Source of the DNA: Thermoplasmata archaeon
GTDB taxonomy: Archaea; Thermoplasmatota; Thermoplasmata; Halarchaeoplasmatales; Halarchaeoplasmataceae
DNA: 64,000 bases
Assembly: GCA_046540335.1 (NCBI GenBank)
Contig: JBKHFH010000002.1
Span: 5,287-69,286 of the forward strand
Direction of reading: 5' to 3'
In this document: in pieces, positions 1 through 7,502 of the stretch
Numbering within the stretch: position 1 is the stretch's first letter
Layout of the letters: every line of letters starts with the position of its first letter
The notes under the pieces: model-generated
What the model saw: only the letters and a program-made list of their open reading frames with translations
Database searches by the model: none
What the model was told of the DNA's origin: nothing
Program-made: the position numbers and the translations under genes

Positions 1-56
1 GATATGAATCGTTCGAATTTAACATGGAAACGGGAGAGATGAAAGCTGTTAGATAA
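1..56 (+). CDS. Possible 3' end of a CDS truncated by the window edge (..YESFEFNMETGEMKAVR*)
   Basis: Open frame from position 3 to TAA at 54-56; too short to identify. Confidence 0.3.
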   Translation, partial: YESFEFNMETGEMKAVR

Positions 57-454
57 TGAAGATCGTCGATCTGGATAGATCTAGTTCCTACCAAATTGAA
101 AATATAGAGTCCATCGGCGAAGATATCCTGAATGCTATAAATCTTCCTAAAAAAAGATGGTGAAAAGACACTGAATTGTGATATATCTCTGCAAAACTAG
201 GTGGCGGATATGGGTAAATGAGAATTCATAGATGAATTAAAAAAAAGAAAGATAGAAAGACATCACACTGAAAGAGAGATCATCTAAGTTCAAAAAAGAA
301 ACTAGTTCATCCCTAGCTAACGTGATCATACTGATGAGTGATCTTCCAGTAGAATCAACTTCAATCATACAGACTTAAAAGAAGATGAAAAGTATACATC
401 ATCCACATAAATCATAAATAAAGTCACTACCATATAGATATGGGAGGATGAAAG

Positions 455-706
455 ATGGTTGAAAAAGTCATCAAAAGGGACGGAAGGGAAGAGCCTTTCA
501 TCCCGGAAAAGATAGTGGTGAGCGCCGTAAAAGCTGGAGCAGATCGAAAAGATGCGAGGGACATATTGGAAAAAGTAGAAGATGAAGCAGAAAAAAAGAT
601 CGAAACTAAAGAGCTCAAGGATAAGGTCCTTTCTCATCTTGAAGAGAAAGATCCGGAATGGAAAGAGAATTGGGAGACTTATGACCGAGCGGTAAAAAGA
701 AGGTGA
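455..706 (+). CDS. Stand-alone ATP-cone domain protein
   Basis: N-terminal VIKRDGREEPFxxEKI ATP-cone signature; GGGAGG RBS upstream. Confidence 0.85.
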   Translation: MVEKVIKRDGREEPFIPEKIVVSAVKAGADRKDARDILEKVEDEAEKKIETKELKDKVLSHLEEKDPEWKENWETYDRAVKRR

Positions 707-911
707 TCTTGGTAGGATCCCTTCTTTGGATACTTGTTCAAGTTCAAACCTTAGAAGGAGTTTAAAAATTGCTGTTTTTAAGAAGAAAGACGATCTAAAA
801 ACTGACCGATCAAGATTTAGGACGGATCCGATCTTGAGTTCTATCAAACATATATTTAAAACTAATCACATCCTCACTTATCTCAGTACAATTAAAAGGG
901 GGTGAATAAAG

Positions 912-1502
912 ATGAAAGAAAAGATTATAGCTTCTATTCTGATCAGTTTCTTGTTGATCGCGGGAGTTGCGATAGCAAATACGGGAGCTGCGGCAAGAGG
1001 TCCTCCGAATCAGGGACCGCCTGGAGATGATATCGTCGAGGTAGTAGTCGCGGCTAACGCGGAAGGAGGACCTTATGAGGGTCAATTTGACGTACTCATC
1101 GCGGCTGTTACCGCTACACCGGAGGTCGCCGAGATACTATCAGGTAATGGACAACATACAGTATTCGGACCGACAGACGCTGCATTCGAGTCTCTAGCAG
1201 ATAAATTAGGGTTTGAAGAGTTAGAGGATTTAATTGCCTTCTTGTTGGACAACCCAGACTATCTGAAAGACGTGTTAGTATATCACATCGCACACGGCAG
1301 ACTCTACGCTGAAGACGTCCTAGAAAAAGATCAGATAAATACACTCAGAAGAGGATGGGATGGATTCCTGATGCAGGACGGAGGCGTATTGACCGACAAT
1401 CTAGGTAGAGAGGCGAACATCATCGTGACCGATGTAGAGGCAGCTAACGGCATAATACACGCAATAGACAATGTAGTATTACCTTATCTACCAGAAGAAT
1501 AG
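912..1502 (+). CDS. Secreted fasciclin (FAS1) domain protein
   Basis: Signal peptide; TVFGPTDAAF, VLVYHI and NGIIHAIDNVVLP FAS1 motifs. Confidence 0.9.
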   Translation: MKEKIIASILISFLLIAGVAIANTGAAARGPPNQGPPGDDIVEVVVAANAEGGPYEGQFDVLIAAVTATPEVAEILSGNGQHTVFGPTDAAFESLADKLGFEELEDLIAFLLDNPDYLKDVLVYHIAHGRLYAEDVLEKDQINTLRRGWDGFLMQDGGVLTDNLGREANIIVTDVEAANGIIHAIDNVVLPYLPEE

Positions 1503-1515
1503 AACCCACAAAATC

Positions 1516-1532
1516 TTTTTCTTTTTTATTTT
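1516..1532 (+). terminator. Oligo-T archaeal terminator-like tract after the fasciclin gene
   Basis: TTTTTCTTTTTTATTTT directly after the stop codon. Confidence 0.55.
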
Positions 1533-1561
1533 CCAAGATATTTCAAAGAAATATCGAATCG

Positions 1562-1615
1562 ATGGTATTCGGAGCCGTGGGGTTCGTGACTAATATCTTA
1601 GGAACACGATTATAG
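1562..1615 (+). other. Candidate pheA leader peptide MVFGAVGFVTNILGTRL (2 Phe codons)
   Basis: ATG1562..TAG1615, in frame with pheA, overlapping an irregular hairpin at 1571-1626. Confidence 0.35.
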
Positions 1616-1678
1616 AACCCGGCTTTAGAAAGAAAGATGAAGGAGGAAGACTCTATCCTATCAAGAGAGGAGAAAAAG

Positions 1679-2497
1679 ATGACGAAAAGTAACAAAGATA
1701 ACAAAAAGATCGGCTTTCAAGGTGTAAGCGGCTGTAACAGCGAAGTCGCCGCCGAAAGGTATGATCCGGATATGACCCGTGTTCCTTTCAATACATTTTC
1801 CGAATTGTTTTCGGCCGAAGAAGATGAGCGTATAGATAGAGGCATGGTTCCCATAGAGAATTCTCTTGAAGGGAGTGTCAAGGAAGTGAACAAGTTATTG
1901 ATGAACAGCGAACTGAAGATCGTCGGTGAATACAATTTGCCGATCAGTTATAGTTTACTCGCAGTAGAGGAAAAATCGTTAGAGGATATAGATAAAGTCT
2001 ACTCGCATCCTCAGGCCCTCGGTCAGTGCAGTGAATTCATCTCAAAGAACAGATTGGAATCTGAAGCATTTTTCGACACCGCCGGAGCCGCTAAGATGGT
2101 CTCGGAAAAGCGCGAGGATGATCACGCGGCAATCGCCAGGAAGGAATGCGCGGAGATATACGGGCTCAAGATCTTAGCTGATGAGATCGAAGACACTGAT
2201 AAAAACATCACCCGCTGCTTAGTCATCGGCAGGAATGAAAGTGTGCACGGCGACAAGGTCTCCATAGCTTTCTCTACAGAACATGAGCCTGGCTCACTCA
2301 ATAAGGTCCTCAAGATATTCGCAGAAAGGGAGATAAATCTCACCCGTATCGAATCGATACCTACCAGAAAGACTCCTTGGACCTACTATTTCTATCTGGA
2401 TTTTATGTGCCCCCAAGATCATGAACGAGTGTTAGAGAGGGTCGAGGAAGAAGTGCTCTGGTTGAAGCGATTCGGCTGTTATGAAGAACATGAATAG
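1679..2497 (+). CDS. pheA: Prephenate dehydratase with ACT domain (alternative start 1637)
   Basis: GMVPIENSLEG, VYSHPQALGQC, NLTRIESIP motifs; GAGGAG RBS before ATG1679. Confidence 0.93.
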   Translation: MTKSNKDNKKIGFQGVSGCNSEVAAERYDPDMTRVPFNTFSELFSAEEDERIDRGMVPIENSLEGSVKEVNKLLMNSELKIVGEYNLPISYSLLAVEEKSLEDIDKVYSHPQALGQCSEFISKNRLESEAFFDTAGAAKMVSEKREDDHAAIARKECAEIYGLKILADEIEDTDKNITRCLVIGRNESVHGDKVSIAFSTEHEPGSLNKVLKIFAEREINLTRIESIPTRKTPWTYYFYLDFMCPQDHERVLERVEEEVLWLKRFGCYEEHE

Positions 2498-2552
2498 TGA
2501 TCTGGCTATAACCCGCCATATGAACATCACTGAAATTCAAGATCTGACACTC

Positions 2553-2572
2553 TAGATAAGTGCACCTGTCTA
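2553..2572. promoter_or_regulatory. Tar-box-like palindrome TAGATA-N8-TGTCTA
   Basis: 9/12 match (all differences are transitions) to the TGGACA-N8-TGTCCA motif recalled for Thermococcus Tar; ends 4 nt before a TATA box. Confidence 0.6.
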
Positions 2573-2576
2573 ATCA

Positions 2577-2584
2577 TTTAAATA
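2577..2584 (+). promoter_or_regulatory. TATA box of the aroG promoter
   Basis: TTTAAATA, about 24 nt before ATG2608. Confidence 0.6.
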
Positions 2585-2607
2585 GCACTAGGCTTCCTAG
2601 TGTGAAC

Positions 2608-2673
2608 ATGGTTAACATGGACTTTCGAACCGAAACGGACGTGATGTCCCGCCAATACGAGCTGCCCCGCTGA
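2608..2673 (+). other. Candidate aroG leader uORF MVNMDFRTETDVMSRQYELPR
   Basis: ATG2608 (also 2617, 2644) to TGA2671-2673; ATG2608 is at the expected start site of transcription. Confidence 0.5.
2637..2667 (+). repeat. 31-nt direct repeat, copy 1 (GGACGTGATGTCCCGCCAATACGAGCTGCCC)
   Basis: 29/31 identical to 3921-3951. Confidence 0.95.
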
Positions 2674-2781
2674 AGGACAAAGATAGTGCCGAAAAAATCA
2701 TCTCTATTTTCACTGAGTTGTTTGATCGAGTAAAAAGTCCATGGACCACGCTATTTTTTGAAGTCTGTTTAAGGAGAGGAT

Positions 2782-3855
2782 ATGATGAATAGAGAAGTTA
2801 CTGACGGAAATGTAGAGAAATATAGGAAAACGATGACTCCCTCGGAGTTGAAGGGAAAATTACCGATATCTGAAGGGATGAGGAAAACTGTTGAGAACGG
2901 AAGAAACGAGATAAAAGATATCTTGGAGAAAAAGAGCGGGAAAAAGGTGATCATCACCGGTCCCTGCTCGATACATGATATAGACGAAGCGAAGGAGTAC
3001 GCTGACAGAATAAAAGAACTGTCCGAAAAGGTGAATGATAAATTTTTGCTCGTTATGAGGGTTTACTTAGAAAAGCCGAGGACCACGATCGGGTGGAAGG
3101 GTATGATCAACGACCCTTACCTCAACGATTCGTACGATATAAATGCGGGTCTACACGAGGGTAGGAGGTTGTTGGCTTACGCGGCCGAGATAGGAGTCCC
3201 TACGGGAACGGAGTTCCTCGGGTCGGTGACTCCTCAATACATAGACGATCTGATATCCTGGGCGGCTATCGGAGCTAGAACTACCGAATCTCAGCCACAC
3301 AGGGAGATGGCTTCGGGTCTTTCCGTCCCGGTCGGCTTCAAAAACGATACGAAAGGGAATGTAAAGATAGCGATAAACGGGATCAAGGCAGCTCGACATC
3401 CCCACTCCTTCAGAGGTATAAATCAAAACGGAGAGATCTGTATCGTCGATACGAAAGGAAACGATCACTGCCACGTAGTTCTGAGAGGAGGAAAAAATGG
3501 AAGCGGATACGCTCCCAACTACGATTCCGTCTCTATCGAAAGAACCTTGGATCTTCTTCAGAAAGAAGAACTGCCGGAAAATATAATGGTGGACTGCAGC
3601 CACGGAAATTCGGGTAAAGATCACAAAAAACAGCCTCAAGTCTTCAGGCATGTCGTCCAACAGATAAAGGACGGCAACGAAAGCATAATCGGCCTCATGC
3701 TGGAATCTAACCTAAAAGAAGGAAATCAATCTCTGCCGGAAGATCCGAGTGAATTGAAAAGAGGCGTTTCTATCACCGACGCGTGCATAGGCTGGGATAC
3801 AACGGAAAATCTGATCATGGACGCTTACGAAACACTGAAAGATCGATCCGAGTGA
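2782..3855 (+). CDS. aroG: DAHP synthase, class I-alpha (AroG/AroF/AroH type)
   Basis: GPCSIHD, RVYLEKPRTTIGWKG, GARTTESQPHRE, VDCSHGNS, GVSITDACIGW motifs. Confidence 0.95.
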   Translation: MMNREVTDGNVEKYRKTMTPSELKGKLPISEGMRKTVENGRNEIKDILEKKSGKKVIITGPCSIHDIDEAKEYADRIKELSEKVNDKFLLVMRVYLEKPRTTIGWKGMINDPYLNDSYDINAGLHEGRRLLAYAAEIGVPTGTEFLGSVTPQYIDDLISWAAIGARTTESQPHREMASGLSVPVGFKNDTKGNVKIAINGIKAARHPHSFRGINQNGEICIVDTKGNDHCHVVLRGGKNGSGYAPNYDSVSIERTLDLLQKEELPENIMVDCSHGNSGKDHKKQPQVFRHVVQQIKDGNESIIGLMLESNLKEGNQSLPEDPSELKRGVSITDACIGWDTTENLIMDAYETLKDRSE

Positions 3856-3863
3856 GACGGGAT

Positions 3864-4253
3864 ATGATTAAAAATCGCCCTGAAGATTTATATAATGTGT
3901 CAAAGAGTAGCACACTAAGTGGTCGTGATGCCCCGCCAATACGAGCTGCCCTGATAGAAGATAGTGATAACCGCGATTTTCAGGTCTATAGAGATCTATT
4001 TTTGAGAGCACTGAACGAAAACCAGATATTTCTAATGAAAAATATCGAAGGTGAGTACGGATCTTTGAATAGTTTTCTGAGAGAGTTGACGGACGGTACC
4101 GACAGATCTCTGTCGACATTGAAATTGAACGCCAGGATATTGAAAGATCTCGAATTGATAACTTACGGCAGTAAAAGAGATCCGCGACCGGTGGAACTCA
4201 CCGAGCCCGGTGAAGTAGTACTCGAGATCTTACAGTTGAGTGAGGAGTCATGA
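3864..4253 (+). CDS. Winged-helix regulator, Tar (TK0271)-like activator of aromatic amino-acid genes; start uncertain, possibly reached by a -1 shift from ATG3928
   Basis: LFLRALNENQ..STLKLNARILKDLELI..PVELTEPG winged-HTH pattern; located directly before aroB with an ATGA overlap. Confidence 0.7.
   Translation: MIKNRPEDLYNVSKSSTLSGRDAPPIRAALIEDSDNRDFQVYRDLFLRALNENQIFLMKNIEGEYGSLNSFLRELTDGTDRSLSTLKLNARILKDLELITYGSKRDPRPVELTEPGEVVLEILQLSEES
3887..3894 (+). promoter_or_regulatory. Internal TATA box for the regulator/aro operon
   Basis: TTTATATA; TTTATATAATGTGT is identical to the his promoter at 58832-58845. Confidence 0.55.
3921..3951 (+). repeat. 31-nt direct repeat, copy 2 (GGTCGTGATGCCCCGCCAATACGAGCTGCCC), containing uORF MPRQYELP* at 3928-3954
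   Basis: 29/31 identical to 2637-2667. Confidence 0.95.
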
Positions 4254-5248
4254 GCGGAAAGATAGAGATCGAGGATGAGATCAGACAGCGTTTACCGGAG
4301 ATGATAGACGATATATCCCCCTACAAGACAGTAGTGATCACCGACAGCAGAGTGGAAGATCTATGGTTGGACGACATCTTATCACGGATCGAGGCAGAAT
4401 CCATAGTGATACCCGAGGGTGAGGAGAACAAATCGCTGGAAAATGTGAAGAGAGTCTGGAGCGAATTGCTGGAAACGGACTTCACTCAAAAATCACTTGT
4501 CCTCGCTCTTGGAGGAGGTATGATAACTGACATATCCGCCTTCATATCGTCGATTTTCAAAAGAGGCACCAAATTAGGGTTGATCCCCACGACTTTACTA
4601 GCTCAAGTGGATGCTGCGATCGGAGGGAAAACCGGTATAGATTTCAACGGAAAGAACATGATCGGCACGTTCTATGAGCCGGATTTTGTGCTTATCGACC
4701 CTGTCTTCCTCGAGACCTTACCCGAAGAAGAGATCAGAAACGGCTTCGGCGAGATCATCAAGTATGGACTCCTGACAGAAGACGTCTACGAGCTGCTGCG
4801 GGAGAACGGTAGAAGCCTAGATGTAAAACTCATCAGGAGATGTGTGGAATTCAAGAGGGATATAGTTAGAAAGGATCTGGAGGAGAACGATATCAGGAGA
4901 GTCCTGAATCTGGGACATACTGTCGGACACGGTATAGAAAAACTCTCAAACTACGAGATAAAGCACGGTGAAGCGGTCTCTATCGGACTGATGGTCAACT
5001 CCATCATCGCCGAAGACATGTTCGGTTTCGATCCGTCGATAACTAAAGAGCTGTTGGATAGATTCGATCTTCCAAGTCAGCACGACTTCGCTCCAGAAAA
5101 GATATTGGGATCTATGAGAGACGACAAGAAGAACTGGTTCGACGAGACAGTGATGGTGCTCCCGAAAAGCATCGGTGAAGTTGAGATAAAAGAGGTCGGC
5201 GATGAACTCATCTTGAAAAGTCTGAGAAAGACAAAAAGGAGTGCTTGA
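4250..5248 (+). CDS. aroB: 3-dehydroquinate synthase
   Basis: ALGGG, PTTLLAQVDAAIGGKTG, LNLGHTVGHGIE motifs. Confidence 0.95.
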   Translation: MSGKIEIEDEIRQRLPEMIDDISPYKTVVITDSRVEDLWLDDILSRIEAESIVIPEGEENKSLENVKRVWSELLETDFTQKSLVLALGGGMITDISAFISSIFKRGTKLGLIPTTLLAQVDAAIGGKTGIDFNGKNMIGTFYEPDFVLIDPVFLETLPEEEIRNGFGEIIKYGLLTEDVYELLRENGRSLDVKLIRRCVEFKRDIVRKDLEENDIRRVLNLGHTVGHGIEKLSNYEIKHGEAVSIGLMVNSIIAEDMFGFDPSITKELLDRFDLPSQHDFAPEKILGSMRDDKKNWFDETVMVLPKSIGEVEIKEVGDELILKSLRKTKRSA

Positions 5249-5249
5249 T

Positions 5250-5900
5250 ATGGCTGAAATAGTCGGTACCACATTCGTGAAAGATACGGAGGAATTCGCC
5301 GAAATCGTCAAGAGTTCTGAAAACAGAATATTCGAACTGAGAGTCGATGCTCTAGAAGATTACGATACGGCTGACCTAGCCGAGATAGACAAAAATTTGA
5401 TCATCACTGTCAGGCGGAAAGAAGAAGGTGGAGTCAAAAAGATACCGGAAGAGGAAAGGTTGAAGATATTCGATGATTTTTTGACCATCGAACCCTCTTT
5501 CATAGATATAGAACTCGGATCGGAGATATTGGATGAAGTCTTGAACCGTATAAAAGGAACATCGACTAGATCGATCATATCTTACCACGATTTTGAAAAG
5601 ACACCGGACCTCGATAGGTTAAATGAAATTTACGAGAAGATGAAGGACAAGGATCCGGATCTGATCAAGATTGTGACCTTTTGTGATAGCCCGAGAGACA
5701 ACTCTAAGATATTGGAATTCGTTCTGGGCAGACCAGATTTGATCTCGTTCTGTATGGGTGAAGAAGGTATGATATCCCGGGTATTCAGCCTAAGATACTG
5801 TCCACTTACCTATGGAAGTCTGTCAGGGTCTGATACAGCCCCGGGGCAATTATCAGTAGGAGAATTGAAGCAGATAAAGGAGATGTTGGATGATGAATGA
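5250..5900 (+). CDS. aroD: Type I 3-dehydroquinate dehydratase (alternative GTG start 5241)
   Basis: ELRVD, TVRRKEEGG, ISYHDFEKTP, APGQ motifs. Confidence 0.93.
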   Translation: MAEIVGTTFVKDTEEFAEIVKSSENRIFELRVDALEDYDTADLAEIDKNLIITVRRKEEGGVKKIPEEERLKIFDDFLTIEPSFIDIELGSEILDEVLNRIKGTSTRSIISYHDFEKTPDLDRLNEIYEKMKDKDPDLIKIVTFCDSPRDNSKILEFVLGRPDLISFCMGEEGMISRVFSLRYCPLTYGSLSGSDTAPGQLSVGELKQIKEMLDDE

Positions 5901-6690
5901 CCTCTACGGATTGGTCGGGAGATCGATCTCACATTCTTTAAGCCCCGATATCCACAATACCCTTTTTGCTGAACACGGTATCGATGCCGAATACAAATTG
6001 TTCGACGTTAACAGTTTGAACTCCGCAGTAAAAAGGCTGAAGAATAAAAGGTTGAAAGGCGTCAACGTCACCAAGCCGTTCAAGTTGGAGATCCTAGATC
6101 ATCTGGACGAGTTGGACGAAGATGTAGAAGAGATAGGAAGTTCAAATACGGTGGTACAACTTGATGGTACACTCAAGGGATATAATACCGACGGTGTAGG
6201 AGCTAAAAAAGCGTTAGAACGTTTTACAGATATCAAGAACAAAAATATATTACAGCTCGGGGCAGGCGGAGCTGGTAGAGCTATCGCATACGAACTGGCA
6301 AAGTCCTCGAAAGTTATGGTGCTAAACCGGACTTTGAAAAAAGCGAAAGATCTGGGAGAGTTCGGAGTCAAGTCCGGAAGGCTCGAAAAGAGAAAGCTAA
6401 AAAAAGAATTGGAAAGATCGGATATCCTGATCAACGCTACCTCCGTCGGTATGAACGAGGAAAAGTCGCCGATCGACTCTTCATATCTAAATGAAGATAT
6501 GTTGGTTTTGGATATCGTGTATACACCTTTGAAGACGAAACTGCTGAAAGACGCTGAACGAGTCGGATGCATGACAGTCGATGGTCTTTGGATGCTTGTT
6601 TATCAGGCTGTCAAGGCATTTCAGATATGGACCGGTATCGAACCGGATCCAGAACGTGTAAGAAAGATCGTCACGGAGGAAAGAAGATGA
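5890..6690 (+). CDS. aroE: Shikimate dehydrogenase
   Basis: HSLSPDIHN, GVNVTKPFK, NTDG, GAGGAG, INATSVGM motifs. Confidence 0.95.
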   Translation: MMNDLYGLVGRSISHSLSPDIHNTLFAEHGIDAEYKLFDVNSLNSAVKRLKNKRLKGVNVTKPFKLEILDHLDELDEDVEEIGSSNTVVQLDGTLKGYNTDGVGAKKALERFTDIKNKNILQLGAGGAGRAIAYELAKSSKVMVLNRTLKKAKDLGEFGVKSGRLEKRKLKKELERSDILINATSVGMNEEKSPIDSSYLNEDMLVLDIVYTPLKTKLLKDAERVGCMTVDGLWMLVYQAVKAFQIWTGIEPDPERVRKIVTEERR

Positions 6691-7502
6691 GATGTACCGC
6701 ACACGGAGCTTTAACGGTAGTAAACGCTATAGCCGCCGGAAGAGGCAGCGCTTTCGGTATCGATTTAAACGTTGAGGCGGACGTTAACATCATAGATGAA
6801 GGTCTAAAAGGCGAGATAAAAGTTGAAGATAAGAGATACAATGATTTCGAGTTGATAAGATGTATAAAAGAGGTGATCGAAGAAAGATCTGATGAAGAGT
6901 TCGGTATCGAGTTCTTCATAAACTCCCAGATCCCGATAGGAAAGGGATTGAAAAGCAGTTCCGCGGTCTCCAACGCCGTGGCGAAAGCTATAGTTGGATC
7001 ACTGGACATGAAAATAGATGATATGGAGATCATAGAGATAGGCATAGAGGCGAGTAGAAGAGCCGATTTAACTATCACCGGCGCACTTGACGATGCCTAC
7101 GCCTCATATTTTGGAGGACTGTGTTTGACGGACAACCTCGAAGGCGAGGTGCTTGTAGAAAAAGATATCAAAAAAAATTCCGCAGTGATATTGATACCGG
7201 AGGAAACTGTCCTCACGAATTCATTGAAAGATGTTGATTTTGAAAAGATCCGCCCTTATGTCGATCTCATCTTCAAGGCCGCTTTAGATGGGGAATGGAA
7301 AAAAGCAAGTCTTTTGAACGGGCTGGTTTATTCCTCCTTTTTAGGTCATGATACGGAACCTATGATGGGAGTGTTGGAATTTAGTGAGATCGTAGGTCTA
7401 TCCGGGACGGGACCCGCTGTTTATTCTGTAACTGAAGAGCCGAGTAGAGTCGAAGAAGTTTGGGGGCAGTTAGGAAAAACTATGGAGGTATCCACGAGAT
7501 GA
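6687..7502 (+). CDS. aroK: Archaeal (GHMP-family) shikimate kinase
   Basis: VVNAIAAGRGSAFG, PIGKGLKSSSA, TGALDD, LSGTGP motifs; ATGA overlap with aroE. Confidence 0.93.
   Translation: MRCTAHGALTVVNAIAAGRGSAFGIDLNVEADVNIIDEGLKGEIKVEDKRYNDFELIRCIKEVIEERSDEEFGIEFFINSQIPIGKGLKSSSAVSNAVAKAIVGSLDMKIDDMEIIEIGIEASRRADLTITGALDDAYASYFGGLCLTDNLEGEVLVEKDIKKNSAVILIPEETVLTNSLKDVDFEKIRPYVDLIFKAALDGEWKKASLLNGLVYSSFLGHDTEPMMGVLEFSEIVGLSGTGPAVYSVTEEPSRVEEVWGQLGKTMEVSTR

Noticed and set aside
56..387. 35-codon ORF (56-163) and fragmentary frames downstream
   Set aside because: No recognisable motif; may be a decayed gene but cannot be supported.
365..1085. Minus-strand ORFs 365-847, 427-618 and 810-1085
   Set aside because: Antisense shadows of the ATP-cone and fasciclin genes, with low-complexity Phe/Ser/Arg composition.
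3859..3882. Second Tar box before the internal TATA
   Set aside because: Best alignment matches only about half of the consensus and is not palindromic.
3925..3954. Repeat cassette read as a C/D-box guide RNA (GTGATG...CTGA)
   Set aside because: Only about 30 nt from C to D box, no C'/D' boxes, imperfect C box; start and stop codons of the uORF explain the same letters. A K-turn role is not strictly excluded.
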